Part shown: positions 1 to 9,833 of the stretch, piece by piece
Position numbering within the stretch: position 1 is the stretch's first letter
How the letters are laid out: each line of letters opens with the position of its first letter
Source of the DNA: Candidatus Bathyarchaeia archaeon
GTDB lineage: Archaea; Thermoproteota; Bathyarchaeia; Bathyarchaeales; Bathycorpusculaceae
NCBI GenBank assembly: GCA_038883775.1
Contig: JAVZLM010000006.1
Span: forward strand, 64,001-128,000
Length of the DNA: 64,000 nucleotides
Reading direction: 5' to 3'
Position numbers and translations under genes: made by a program
Notes under the pieces: generated by a model
What the model was told of the DNA's origin: nothing
The model's database searches: none
The model's input: the letters and a program-made list of their open reading frames with translations, nothing else

Positions 1-1175
1 TATGCGTCAACTATTACGGAAAAGGATTTGCCACCCATACGATATTCTATAAACCACCAAGGCGCATACACCAGTTCAGGCTCTTCCATAGGGTAGGCTC
101 CAACACTAAACCTTGAAACAAAAGTGTATCTTGACCTTAACTCTTGTAAAGCTAATCCCTTTGCTTTTTCCTTAGCCTCTTGAGCGCTTATTTCCACATT
201 AAGTGTTTCTTCTCCGGTTTTCTTGAAAGGTTCCTTCCTATCCAATGGAATTTTGTAGGCGCCCACGTCCGGCTGATATTGGGCTGCTTTGCGTGCTACA
301 ACAAACACGTCCATTGCCTCGCTAACGGAAACTCTTTCTTTTCTGTCGGCTAACGCTTTTCCTGCTCCTCTTCCAGCTCCGCCGAAGATGCTTCCGAGGG
401 CTCCTCCTAAAGCTTGCATTGCCACTTCTTGGGCAACTTGCGACTTTGTATCTTTCGCTTTTACCAAGGCTTTTTTACCTTCAAGGTCTCCTTCAAGTTG
501 AACAGTTACAGCCCAATTTGGAACATAACGAAGAACAATGGCGCCCCATTCGGCACGTTCAGCCATGCCCCGAGTAACAAGAATTCCTTTTGCCACATGA
601 TTTTTGGCTATTTCCAGCGTCTGAGAACCAGTAAGTAGTACAGGTAGCATGCTGCATCTTGGAGGTTGTTCGCCAGTTGTGTTGTTGACGTATCCGCAGT
701 AGTTGCAAACTACGAGAACTTCTTCTGGATTATATGTGAGTGGGGCTCCGCAGTGCATGCATACTTCAAGTTTAGGTTTCGGCGGTGGTAGTGGTTGTGG
801 TTGAGTTGGAGCGGCTACCGTTGGGGGCGCTGGTGAAATCACGCCTAAACTTTTGGCTATTTCCATGGCTTCCTGTTTCTGTTGCTCTTTCCAGCTAATC
901 AAAGCACTTGGATTGTCGCATGAATTTGCCAAAGCTTGCTCCACAACATCCATCAAATCGCCTGATCCATCAACTTCCACATAAACGTCCTCTGGCACGC
1001 CTCTAACTTTGACTGTTGCCTTTTCAAAAAAGCCTTTTTTCAGTTCAAGCATGAAACTTCTTTCGCCTGGAATAATTTTCTTAGTACTCCAACCCGCATG
1101 CTTAAGGTATTCGGGGAGAACTTGTTGAAAATTTGCCATTTTTGCTCCAATTTGGCGGTAACGGGCTGAGTTCAT
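1..1175 (-). CDS. Zinc-ribbon protein, YdjG-like, paralog of 2105..2857 (3' end truncated by window edge)
   Basis: Not in ORF track. Read manually from ATG 1175 (ATGA overlap with upstream stop): MNSARYRQIG...Pro-rich linker...CMHCGAPLTYNPEEVLVVCNYCG...LRYVPNW...LVYAPWWFIEYRMGGKSFSVIVDA, open to position 1. Confidence 0.8.
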   Translation of the reverse strand, partial: MNSARYRQIGAKMANFQQVLPEYLKHAGWSTKKIIPGERSFMLELKKGFFEKATVKVRGVPEDVYVEVDGSGDLMDVVEQALANSCDNPSALISWKEQQKQEAMEIAKSLGVISPAPPTVAAPTQPQPLPPPKPKLEVCMHCGAPLTYNPEEVLVVCNYCGYVNNTTGEQPPRCSMLPVLLTGSQTLEIAKNHVAKGILVTRGMAERAEWGAIVLRYVPNWAVTVQLEGDLEGKKALVKAKDTKSQVAQEVAMQALGGALGSIFGGAGRGAGKALADRKERVSVSEAMDVFVVARKAAQYQPDVGAYKIPLDRKEPFKKTGEETLNVEISAQEAKEKAKGLALQELRSRYTFVSRFSVGAYPMEEPELVYAPWWFIEYRMGGKSFSVIVDA

Positions 1176-1708
1176 CCTCCCAATCCTCTAAGAATTTCCG
1201 ACCTCTTGTCCACGAGTCCGTCTAGTTCTTCAACTTTTGATATTAATTCGTCCATTGCTGTTCTCCACTCGTCTTTTCCAGGCTCCAGCTCGTTTACTTT
1301 TTCAACATCTGCTTTTATGGCTTCGGCTTTTTCTATCAAACTTACGTCATATTCTAGTACGGTGTCAAGCTTGTCCTCTTTAACTTTGATAGCGTCGAAC
1401 ATTCCAGCATATCCAGCAACTGCCCTATCTATGCGCTGTGTGACTCTATCAATGCGGGCTGTAAGCGTGTCAAACCTAAAGGTGTCTTCGCTTGAAAGTT
1501 TTTGGATGAGGGCTGGGTTTGCGAATTTTCTTCTGAAAGCTGTTTTTGCAGCTTTAAGCCTATTCACAACTTCCATTCGCACAAGGCGGTCGCTTTCTCG
1601 GCGCAGTTCCTTCTCTTTGTAGCCTCTGTATCCAGGGATATAACCCATAATTCTCTCAAGAAGGCCTCGTTCTTTTTGCACTTTTCCCAAATAATCTTTT
1701 CCACTCAT
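1172..1708 (-). CDS. Conserved all-helical hypothetical protein (IPGYRGY motif)
   Basis: 178-aa ORF with overlapping stop/start on both sides, amphipathic helical pattern. Confidence 0.8.
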   Translation of the reverse strand: MSGKDYLGKVQKERGLLERIMGYIPGYRGYKEKELRRESDRLVRMEVVNRLKAAKTAFRRKFANPALIQKLSSEDTFRFDTLTARIDRVTQRIDRAVAGYAGMFDAIKVKEDKLDTVLEYDVSLIEKAEAIKADVEKVNELEPGKDEWRTAMDELISKVEELDGLVDKRSEILRGLGG

Positions 1709-2058
1709 TTTTTACCTCTCCAGTATGTAACTATACCTATAACAGCAACAACAATTAAAAGGATGCCTAAAATAACGAAGGCGTTCACCACATTATAGAA
1801 GGCTGAAGCTGCTGCAATGGCAAACATTATGACGCCCCAAACCAGATAATAAGTTGATTCTTTGCCAGCTATAAAGGAAAAAATTATAGTGTAAACCCCG
1901 AGGGGACCCAAAAGCCAAGCGGGAATGTTTAAAATATTAAGGGGAATTACGTTCATGCTGTAAATAACCGCCGCAAATCCTATGGAGATGACGAGAATGA
2001 CAAGGGCTCCAACATTATAATCCAATGTTTTACGTTCAGCGTTCATCTTATTCCTCAA
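1705..2058 (-). CDS. Small integral membrane protein (about 4 TM)
   Basis: Four hydrophobic segments; stop overlaps next start. Confidence 0.8.
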   Translation of the reverse strand: MRNKMNAERKTLDYNVGALVILVISIGFAAVIYSMNVIPLNILNIPAWLLGPLGVYTIIFSFIAGKESTYYLVWGVIMFAIAAASAFYNVVNAFVILGILLIVVAVIGIVTYWRGKK

Positions 2059-2104
2059 GATATTTTTGACTTATTATTTTGTAATGGTTTCTTTTAAAGT
2101 TTCA

Positions 2105-2857
2105 CTATAAAATTCCAAAACCTGCTGGAGGTATGTCACCCTTCACAACCGTTCCTGTAGCCCCATCCACTATTAGTTGGTAAGTTTTTCCCTTATACTC
2201 ATATTTTATAAACCATATGGGGGAGTGGAGGTAAACTGCTTGGTTAACTTTTATTTCATTTTTTATCTCAATTATTTTATCCACATCTTGCTGGGCTAAG
2301 TATTTATGGTGTTCTTCGATTTCCTCTTTTGCCTCTTCCAAAGCCTCGTCCTTGTCGATTTCACTGTTTAATATTTTGGCATAACCTTCAATTTTTCTAA
2401 AGTCGTAAGGAATTTTGCCTTCTAATGGCACATCATATTCTTTTGTTGGAAATTCTGTGGCTTTTCTTGCCAAAATTAGCCAGTTGTATTTTTTCTTGAT
2501 TTGTCCTTCCTTGACAACGGCTGGTGTGATACGTTCAAAAATTCCTTTATAGGTTGTCTCTGCTTCTGCAGTTATAATCCAGAAAGGTATGTAGATTAGG
2601 GATTTTTCCAAGATTTTTGATTTTCGTGCAAGGTCTGGAGGTTTCAGAAAACCAGTATTCATCCAACCCTTTACGAGTTCTTCAATTTGTGCTGAGTCGT
2701 ATTTGTTTAGGAGCATTGAATGTTCAAAAGTGAAGACTTTTCCAGTTTCTATCACAACCGTATAACCGCAATATTTGCATGTCGCTATTATCTCGCCTGG
2801 TTCAAAAGATATGGGGGCGCCACAATTTGAACATCTAATTTCTTGCACAATGGACAT
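2105..2857 (-). CDS. TFIIB-type zinc-ribbon protein, YdjG-like
   Basis: CSNCGAP...CKYCG; YIPFW and PIWFIKYEY...DGATG motifs resemble Bacillus YdjG (from memory). Confidence 0.75.
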   Translation of the reverse strand: MSIVQEIRCSNCGAPISFEPGEIIATCKYCGYTVVIETGKVFTFEHSMLLNKYDSAQIEELVKGWMNTGFLKPPDLARKSKILEKSLIYIPFWIITAEAETTYKGIFERITPAVVKEGQIKKKYNWLILARKATEFPTKEYDVPLEGKIPYDFRKIEGYAKILNSEIDKDEALEEAKEEIEEHHKYLAQQDVDKIIEIKNEIKVNQAVYLHSPIWFIKYEYKGKTYQLIVDGATGTVVKGDIPPAGFGIL

Positions 2858-2864
2858 TTCTGTT

Positions 2865-4292
2865 TCACGCTTTCGGTTTTTCCCTCTTCATAATTTCCCT
2901 CGCCACCAGAACCCCAGAAGCAGAAGCCTGAACCAAGCCCCGTGTTACGCCTGCTCCATCACCTATGGTGAACAAATTACGGATTTTGGTTTCTAAACAA
3001 CTGCTAAGCTGCAATTTTGAGGAGTAAAACTTCACTTCTACACCATAAAGAAGAGTGTCTCGTGAGTAAATGCCCGACGAGATTTTGTCCAAAGCTCTAA
3101 TCATTTCGCGTATATCCGTAAGATATCGGTATGGCAAGACAAAGCTTAAGTCGCCTGGAGTGGCATTTTTTAATGTTGGGGTTATTACGCTTCTTGAGAT
3201 TCTTTCTGGTGTTGACCTTCTTCCCGCTTCCAAATCGCCGAGACGTTGTATTATTACGCCTCCGCTTAGAAGATTTGAAAGCCTTGCGAGGTATTTTCCG
3301 TAGGCTATGGGTTCTTTGAAGGGTTCTGTGAAAGATGTGCTTACGAGAATAGCGAAATTCGTGTTTTCTGTTTTTCTTTCTGCGTAGCTTTGACCATTGA
3401 CTGTTAAAACTCCATTGTAGGATTCTGTTATAACTTCGCCATATGGCGCAACACAGAAAGTGCGAACTTGGTCGTCAAAATGTTTTGAATAATATATGAG
3501 TTTGGGCTCGTAAAGGGCGCTTGTCAACTCTTCCATTACAGAAGCTAGAACTTCTACTCTTATTCCAACGTCAACGGGGTTGTTGAGGGTTTTTAATCCT
3601 AAGGCTTGGGCTTCTGATTGGAGCCATTCAGCACCGCTTCTTCCAGGCGCCACAATCACGTATTTTGCAAAGAATTTTTCGCCGTTTACAGTTTCAACGC
3701 CTTCAACGGCGTCGTTTTTCAATATGAGCCCTTTAACGTCGGTTTTTGGTTTAAATTCAACTTTATTGTTTAATTCTTGCCTCATTTTTCTTAATGTTTG
3801 GGCGCATCTTTCCGTGCCCATGTGCCGAATTTTTTGGCGAATAAGCTTCAACCCAGCCAAAGAAGCCTTCCGCTCAATTTCTTCTACCTTTTCAATGTCT
3901 GCGCCGTAACTGTGTTCGGGCGCACCAAACTTTAGGTAAATGGAATCCACATAGTTTACGAGTTCCTCAAGTTCTTTTGAGGATACGTATTGGTTGAGCC
4001 AACCGCCAACCTCCGTAGAGAGGGTGAGTTTGCCGTCGCTGAAGGCTCCGGCGCCGCCCCATCCAGACAGAAGCAGGCATGGTTCGCAGTGGACGCATTC
4101 GAATCCTCGGCTTGCTGGACATTTGCGTTGATTAATGTCTGGACCTCTGTCGATTATGAGAATGTTTAGTTTAGTTTTTTCTGTAAGCTCTAAAGCTGAG
4201 AATATTCCTGCGGGTCCGGCTCCGACGATTATTACGTCGTATTTCAATGGTTTTATCTCCTGAAACCCAGAAGTAGATGGGGTAACTTGCAT
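2865..4292 (-). CDS. NAD(P)/FAD-dependent oxidoreductase (COG2509-type)
   Basis: GAGPAG dinucleotide motif, GGAGAFSDGKL, GDGAGVTRG. Confidence 0.9.
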   Translation of the reverse strand: MQVTPSTSGFQEIKPLKYDVIIVGAGPAGIFSALELTEKTKLNILIIDRGPDINQRKCPASRGFECVHCEPCLLLSGWGGAGAFSDGKLTLSTEVGGWLNQYVSSKELEELVNYVDSIYLKFGAPEHSYGADIEKVEEIERKASLAGLKLIRQKIRHMGTERCAQTLRKMRQELNNKVEFKPKTDVKGLILKNDAVEGVETVNGEKFFAKYVIVAPGRSGAEWLQSEAQALGLKTLNNPVDVGIRVEVLASVMEELTSALYEPKLIYYSKHFDDQVRTFCVAPYGEVITESYNGVLTVNGQSYAERKTENTNFAILVSTSFTEPFKEPIAYGKYLARLSNLLSGGVIIQRLGDLEAGRRSTPERISRSVITPTLKNATPGDLSFVLPYRYLTDIREMIRALDKISSGIYSRDTLLYGVEVKFYSSKLQLSSCLETKIRNLFTIGDGAGVTRGLVQASASGVLVAREIMKREKPKA

Positions 4293-4313
4293 ATATTTTT
4301 AGCGAACCACTAA

Positions 4314-4661
4314 TCATTTTTGCGTATATGGTATGAGACAAAGAAACTTCACAACTTTCGAGCCAGTATTCCTAAACTGGTGCTCTTCTTTTGGCGGAAT
4401 AAAAATGACATCACCAGGCTTAAACTCGCTTTCTTCGCCTCCACTTTGCACTATGCCTTCACCTTCTAAAATGAAAACTTCATGCTCCCAATCATGAGAA
4501 TGCAAAGGACTGTAACCGCCAGGCTCCATCTCGAAAAGTCTCATGGCAAAGTTTTCAGCGCCAATATCTTTTGTTATAAGCCATCTAACCCTCAGCTTAA
4601 ATGTTCCTTTTTCCGCATCCTTCGCTTCCACGCTTGTATAAGGAAAAATTTTCATGTTCAT
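4314..4661 (-). CDS. Cupin domain protein
   Basis: HSHDWEHEVFILEG and PGDVIFIP...HQFRN cupin motifs. Confidence 0.9.
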   Translation of the reverse strand: MNMKIFPYTSVEAKDAEKGTFKLRVRWLITKDIGAENFAMRLFEMEPGGYSPLHSHDWEHEVFILEGEGIVQSGGEESEFKPGDVIFIPPKEEHQFRNTGSKVVKFLCLIPYTQK

Positions 4662-4704
4662 TCTCTCCTTAAATAGGAAAGTTAAGTGAATTCGAAAAGG
4701 TGTA

Positions 4705-4992
4705 TTAATCTTTTATGGCTTCTAGGAGGCTCATAACATTCCATAATTTCACTCGTGTATAAGGTGGCATGTTCGGATCCTGCAAAATCTCATCCAAGAT
4801 TGAAATGGCATTAGAAGCCCTAACAGCAGGCGTAAACTCTGTTGTTTGCAAAGCATCCATAGAATCTTTAGCGGCTCTCCTAATATTTCGCGGCGTAGTA
4901 TTATCCTCAGAAACAGCATTTAACACTGCCAAAGCCTGCTTGATTCTTTCCTCATATTCTTCAAGCTTCTTTTTCCTAACCATGACAGCCAC
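4705..4992 (-). CDS. UPF0147 family protein
   Basis: D-TTPRNIRRAA and DPNMPPYTR-LWN signatures. Confidence 0.9.
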   Translation of the reverse strand: MAVMVRKKKLEEYEERIKQALAVLNAVSEDNTTPRNIRRAAKDSMDALQTTEFTPAVRASNAISILDEILQDPNMPPYTRVKLWNVMSLLEAIKD

Positions 4993-5057
4993 CTCACATA
5001 ATTTTCAATAATAAGTTATTATAGGCTTTTATACTATTCTATTGGAGGCTTAAACCC

Positions 5058-5420
5058 TTGCCACAAGAAAAAGACGAAGAAAAATACGTCAAAAGAATGG
5101 CTGATCTACTACGCCAAGGCTCAACCCTCACAGACTTGGCTTGCCCCGTTTGTGCTTCTCCACTATTCAAGCTAAAAAGCGGTGACCTATGGTGCGCAAA
5201 ATGCGAAAAGAAAGTCATAGTGGTAAAAGAAGGAGAAGAACCAAAAATAACCAGCTCTATAGTCCTAGACACTATGGAAGCCACACTCTTAACAAAGATA
5301 CAAGAAATACAAAACAAAATGCAACACGAACAAAACATAGAAGAACTCCAAAAACTTGGCAAGACACTATCTGACTTGCTGGAAAACCTTGAAAAGTTAA
5401 GAAAGGTTAAAAGGTTTTAG
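5058..5420 (+). CDS. UPF0148 / autoantigen-p27-like zinc-ribbon protein
   Basis: MADLLRQG...CPVCASPLF...CAKC plus C-terminal coiled coil; typical neighbour of UPF0147. Confidence 0.85.
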   Translation: MPQEKDEEKYVKRMADLLRQGSTLTDLACPVCASPLFKLKSGDLWCAKCEKKVIVVKEGEEPKITSSIVLDTMEATLLTKIQEIQNKMQHEQNIEELQKLGKTLSDLLENLEKLRKVKRF

Positions 5421-5433
5421 GGCGAAAAGGCAG

Positions 5434-5943
5434 ATGCTTGGGTTTTACGAAAATTTTCCACAAAACATCCACAAAACAGCCCATTTCACCACCTCAATAT
5501 CAAACAAAAAATTACAACAAACACTAATACGCACACTCCAACAAATAAACGCTAAAGCCTTCAAATTAGAAGAAATTGCAGACCCATCAATCCCTCAATG
5601 CACAGTACTTTTCGAGTTTGGCATAGCCGAAGCTAACACCTTCAACTTCCTAAGCAGCGAAGAAACAAACAAGGTGCTAAAAGCTATAAACAAAAAACCA
5701 TTTCAGCTCGTGGATTTCTTCTGCGCCATCCGCTACTATAAAGTAGAAAACGAACAGAAAAAGCCCTTAAAATTTGATTATTACATGATGCGCTTCCTAT
5801 TCAACAAAAACTATGTGGAAACACAAGTTTTCCATGAAAGAGGACCGAGATACCTATCCCCAGACGATGTGGTCAACCTTATTTTAAAGAAGACTAACGA
5901 GGCCTTTTCAAGGAAAATACTAAAAACCCTTCAGCCCCCTTAA
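5434..5943 (+). CDS. Hypothetical protein
   Basis: 169-aa ORF co-oriented with upstream gene; no family recognised. Confidence 0.7.
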   Translation: MLGFYENFPQNIHKTAHFTTSISNKKLQQTLIRTLQQINAKAFKLEEIADPSIPQCTVLFEFGIAEANTFNFLSSEETNKVLKAINKKPFQLVDFFCAIRYYKVENEQKKPLKFDYYMMRFLFNKNYVETQVFHERGPRYLSPDDVVNLILKKTNEAFSRKILKTLQPP

Positions 5944-6539
5944 GTTGTTTTTCCTAAAAAGTTTGTAACAAATTTTAATATGGCTTCAGCCACTTCCGCC
6001 TTTGATTTGTTTCCATCTACCCTAATAAGCTCGCCTTTCTCGACAAAGTCTAAGTATATGGAACGCACTTTTCTTTGAGTTCCCAAATTTTCCATAACTG
6101 ATTTTTTAGATTTTAATCGTTTAATTGCAGTCTCTGGCTCCACGTCAATAAAAATTGCCAAGTCTGGACGAAACGCATGCTTATTTATAGTTTCAATCCA
6201 CTGCAAATCAAGTCCCGTAGCCCCTTGATAAGCCAGAGAAGAATAAACATAACGGTCAGAAACCACAATTTTCCCAGCATTTAAGGCTGGAACAATTTCG
6301 TTATTAACATGTTCAAAACGGTCTGCAGCGAAAAGCAAAGCTTCCACAATAGCTGAAACCCTTTTTCCACTATGCAAACAATACCTTCTTATGAACTGCC
6401 CAATTTTTCCCGAACTCGGTTCCGCCGTGTAAACAGCAGCATAACCCATCCTTTTCAACCTTCTAACAAGGAGTTTTGTTTGTGTTGTTTTTCCACAGCC
6501 ATCTAATCCTTCAATACAGATGAAAGAGCCTTTCTTCAT
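5940..6539 (-). CDS. tmk: Thymidylate kinase
   Basis: IEGLDGCGKTTQ P-loop, LLFAADR, DRYVYSSLAYQG. Confidence 0.95.
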   Translation of the reverse strand: MKKGSFICIEGLDGCGKTTQTKLLVRRLKRMGYAAVYTAEPSSGKIGQFIRRYCLHSGKRVSAIVEALLFAADRFEHVNNEIVPALNAGKIVVSDRYVYSSLAYQGATGLDLQWIETINKHAFRPDLAIFIDVEPETAIKRLKSKKSVMENLGTQRKVRSIYLDFVEKGELIRVDGNKSKAEVAEAILKFVTNFLGKTT

Positions 6540-6625
6540 TTTATCAATCCTTAATTGCGTATAGCATTAGGCATTATAAGTGAAGATGCATTAATAATTA
6601 TTTCAGAAACCACGGAGAAAAGAAG

Positions 6626-7906
6626 ATGCCAAAAAACCATTGGGGAGAAATAAAAGACCCAGTCCACGGATACGTGTACATAACAGAAGAAGAAAAAGAG
6701 ATAATAGACTCTTACCCCGTGCAAAGACTGCGAAGGCTACGCCAATTGGCTGGGGCGGAATATGTTTATCCAGGAGCCAACCACACCCGCTTTGAACATT
6801 CAGTAGGCGTCATGCATCTCGCTGGAAAGGTTGCCGAAAACCCGAACATCTCCCAATACATAAGCCAAGAAGAAGGGGAAGTGATTAAAATTGCAGCCTT
6901 ACTCCATGATGTTGGACACGGACCCTTCTCCCATGTTTTTGAACATTTGCTTGACAAGGAATTAGACAAAACCCACGAGGATATGACTTATTGGATAATC
7001 ACAAATAGCGAATTAAAATATATCATTAAAAAGTTTGGTTACAACCCAGAAGAAATTGGGAAATTGGCTGTTGGAAGGCTTCACAAACCTCAAAAAGCTT
7101 TTTTAGACCAAATAATAAGCAGCGCCGTTGATGTGGACAAATTGGACTTTGTCATAAGGGACACACATCATACGGGCGCAGAATACGGCTTTGTTGACAT
7201 TTTCAGGCTAATCCATGCGTTGGATGTGTTGGGAGAAAATTTGGCAGTGGATTTAGGCGCTCTGTCGGCGCTTGAATCCTTCATAATAGCCAGAATAGAA
7301 TCCTTCAAAAGTATATACTTTCACCGTGTCGGAAGAGCCGCCCAAATAATGCTTGCCATAGCAATGGAAAAGGCAAACCCAGAGCTTGGATTAACCCAAT
7401 TCAAATCTCCAGAAGAGTACCTCGCCATGGACGATTATACGGTTTGGACCCAGCTTAAAAAATGCAAAAAATCAAGCAAGATTATAAAAAATCTTGAAAG
7501 ACGAAAAATGCTCAAATGCGCTTACGAATGGACCTTTTACGAAAAAGACGTAAAAATCTCAAACATTTTCAGCAAAGAAGCCCACAGAAGACAGCTTCAA
7601 ACAGACATTGCGAAAAAAGCTGGAGTAGCAACAGAAGCCGTAATAATAGATGTGCCAACCGTTCCCTCAGTTCCCTATCACCATTCAGTTCTAATGGAAC
7701 CCATGGAAATTCCAGCCTTCTACAAAACCCGTGAAGGCAAAAAATTTCCACAACGCCTAAGCGACATCTCAAAAATCTTCGAAGTTCTCAAAGGATTCAT
7801 AAACATACTGCGCGTTTATACAGACGAAGAAAACCGTGAAAAAGTTAGCGCTGCAGCGGCAAAGATTTTAGGTGGAACACCCACAACAGCAAGAATATCC
7901 TACTAA
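6626..7906 (+). CDS. HD-domain phosphohydrolase (SAMHD1/dNTP triphosphohydrolase-like)
   Basis: DPVHG, QRLRRLRQL, HTRFEHS, LLHDVGHGPFSH, DVDKLDF-RD. Confidence 0.9.
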   Translation: MPKNHWGEIKDPVHGYVYITEEEKEIIDSYPVQRLRRLRQLAGAEYVYPGANHTRFEHSVGVMHLAGKVAENPNISQYISQEEGEVIKIAALLHDVGHGPFSHVFEHLLDKELDKTHEDMTYWIITNSELKYIIKKFGYNPEEIGKLAVGRLHKPQKAFLDQIISSAVDVDKLDFVIRDTHHTGAEYGFVDIFRLIHALDVLGENLAVDLGALSALESFIIARIESFKSIYFHRVGRAAQIMLAIAMEKANPELGLTQFKSPEEYLAMDDYTVWTQLKKCKKSSKIIKNLERRKMLKCAYEWTFYEKDVKISNIFSKEAHRRQLQTDIAKKAGVATEAVIIDVPTVPSVPYHHSVLMEPMEIPAFYKTREGKKFPQRLSDISKIFEVLKGFINILRVYTDEENREKVSAAAAKILGGTPTTARISY

Positions 7907-7916
7907 AGTGCGTGAA

Positions 7917-8333
7917 ATGCAGCCAATAAAACTAAAAGGAAGAAAAATAGTTGAGGGATACTGCAAAGCACAAGCCCTAGTATCCACTAAGCCAATAAGT
8001 TTTTTGGGAGGAGTAGACCCAGCCGACGGAAAAATAATCGAACGCGACCACGATTTGTATGGAGAGTGTATAAAGGATAAAGTCTTATGTTTTCCGCATG
8101 GGCATGGCTCAACTGTTGGTAGTTATGTGCTATATTCCCTAGCCAAGAAAAATTGTGCGCCAAAAGCCATAATCAACCAAACCGCTGACCCCGTCATGGT
8201 TGTTGGAGCCATAATAGCAAACATTCCGATGATTGACCAAATAGACATTAGACAAATAACAACAGGCGACATGATAGAAGTTGATGCACACAAAGGCATT
8301 ATCAAAATTTGGAAAAAGGAAGGAGCAAAATAG
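7917..8333 (+). CDS. Aconitase X swivel subunit (DUF126), probable phosphomevalonate dehydratase small subunit
   Basis: ISFLGGVDP, GSTVGSY motifs; start reassigned to ATG 7917. Confidence 0.88.
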   Translation: MQPIKLKGRKIVEGYCKAQALVSTKPISFLGGVDPADGKIIERDHDLYGECIKDKVLCFPHGHGSTVGSYVLYSLAKKNCAPKAIINQTADPVMVVGAIIANIPMIDQIDIRQITTGDMIEVDAHKGIIKIWKKEGAK

Positions 8334-8335
8334 GC

Positions 8336-9511
8336 ATGTATTTAACAAAGGAAGAAGAACGCATCTACGATGGCGAATTTGGCTGGGCAAACCAAATCTG
8401 CATTAAAATCCTCGTTCGCTTAGGCGAACTCTTCAACGCCAAAAAACTTATTCCAATAAGCTCCTCCCACGTTTCAGGAGTATCCTACAAAACCTTAGGA
8501 GATGCACCCACAGAATTTCTCGAAGCCTTGGCAGGGGCTGATGCCAAAGTAAAAGCAAAATCGACACTAAACCCTCAAAGCCTCGACTGCAGCTTTCTCT
8601 GTAAAAAGCTTCCATCGGAGTTGCATGAAAAGCAAACGAAGGTTCTAAATTGTTTTGAGAAAATGGGTTTTACGCCCTCGTTAACGTGCACGCCATACTA
8701 TTTAGAAAAACCAAAAAAAGGCGTTCATTTGGCTTGGGCTGAATCTTCAGCCGTAGTTTACGCAAACTCTGTGCTTGGAGCGTGGACAAATCGAGAAGGA
8801 GGACCAAGCGCCCTTGCGGCAGCCATAATAGGGAAAACACCAGATTATGGAATGCACCAAGCTGAAAACCGGCAACCAAAGGTTTTAGTGAAATTAGAAA
8901 AACAATTATCAAGCGATGTGGAGTTTGGTGCTTTAGGAATTTTTCTTGGCAAAATTTTGAAGGACGAAATCCCCATAATCCAAGGTTTAGAAAAAGCTTC
9001 AGAGGATAATTTAAAACAGTTGGGTGCAGCCCTCGCAACCGCTGGAATGACAAACATGTTCTACCACAAGCCCCCACACATAAAAACCGGCAAAATGGAA
9101 AAAATAAGTGTGCAAACCAACGATTTAAAAAGAACACTTGAAAAATTAACCACAACACATACACGAAAACCAGACTTAATTTTTGTAGGATGCCCCCACT
9201 GCTCCTTAAAAGAAACCAGACAAATCGCAGAGTTAATAGGCGACAGAAAAATCAGAAAGGAAACAGAATTTTGGGTTTGCACATCACGCTACATAAAAGA
9301 AAAAGCCAAAAAATATGCGGAAAAAATGGAAAAAAGCGGGGTCCATGTGCTTACGGACACATGCGCTGTCGTAACATGGACAGAAAAACTCGGAATAAAA
9401 ACAATAATGACAAACTCCGCAAAAACAGCCCATTATGCGCCTACACTAAACAAAGCAGAAACAATATTCGCACCACTAAAAGAGTGCATAAAAAGGGCAT
9501 GTGAAGGATAA
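8336..9511 (+). CDS. Aconitase X catalytic subunit (DUF521), probable phosphomevalonate dehydratase large subunit
   Basis: MYLTKEEE, TCTPY, WAESSAV-YANSV-GA-TNREG, GCPH, DTC, TNSAK. Confidence 0.9.
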   Translation: MYLTKEEERIYDGEFGWANQICIKILVRLGELFNAKKLIPISSSHVSGVSYKTLGDAPTEFLEALAGADAKVKAKSTLNPQSLDCSFLCKKLPSELHEKQTKVLNCFEKMGFTPSLTCTPYYLEKPKKGVHLAWAESSAVVYANSVLGAWTNREGGPSALAAAIIGKTPDYGMHQAENRQPKVLVKLEKQLSSDVEFGALGIFLGKILKDEIPIIQGLEKASEDNLKQLGAALATAGMTNMFYHKPPHIKTGKMEKISVQTNDLKRTLEKLTTTHTRKPDLIFVGCPHCSLKETRQIAELIGDRKIRKETEFWVCTSRYIKEKAKKYAEKMEKSGVHVLTDTCAVVTWTEKLGIKTIMTNSAKTAHYAPTLNKAETIFAPLKECIKRACEG

Positions 9512-9553
9512 GGTTTATTCGAAGGAAAAAGCATCTTGCATGATGCTACAAAA

Positions 9554-9628
9554 GCTCCGGTAGTATAGCCCGGTCAAGTATTCCGGCCTTTCGAGCCGGA
9601 GACGCGGGTCCGAATCCCGCCCGGAGCA
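9554..9628 (+). tRNA. tRNA-Glu (anticodon TTC)
   Basis: GCTCCGG...CCGGAGC-A acceptor; anticodon arm CCGGC-CT TTC GA-GCCGG; T arm GCGGG-TCCGAAT-CCCGC. Confidence 0.93.
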
Positions 9629-9744
9629 TTAAATTTAAGCTCATTTTAAGCGTATTTTGGTTAAAAAAGCTCAATTCGAGCAGTTTACAAAAGAGGCTAA
9701 AATTGGAACACGAATTTACTGGCAAAACATCAATATATTTTAGG

Positions 9745-9833
9745 CTTAATATTCGCACCTGAACTTTTCTTTCTAAACCCTTGATGTTCTTTAAAAAACG
9801 TGGTGTAAATCGAATTTCAAATTTCGCCTTCAA
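9745..9833 (-). pseudogene. Truncated RelE/ParE-like toxin (N-terminal about 30 codons)
   Basis: MKAKFEIRFTPRFLKNIKGLERKVQVRIL resembles a RelE N-terminus; the rest of the ORF is unrelated and runs antisense into the tRNA; overlaps the antitoxin stop. Confidence 0.65.

Noticed and set aside
9546-9833. Full 95-aa ORF as an intact toxin
   Set aside because: Only the first 30 or so codons are RelE-like; the rest is antisense read-through across intergenic DNA and tRNA-Glu.
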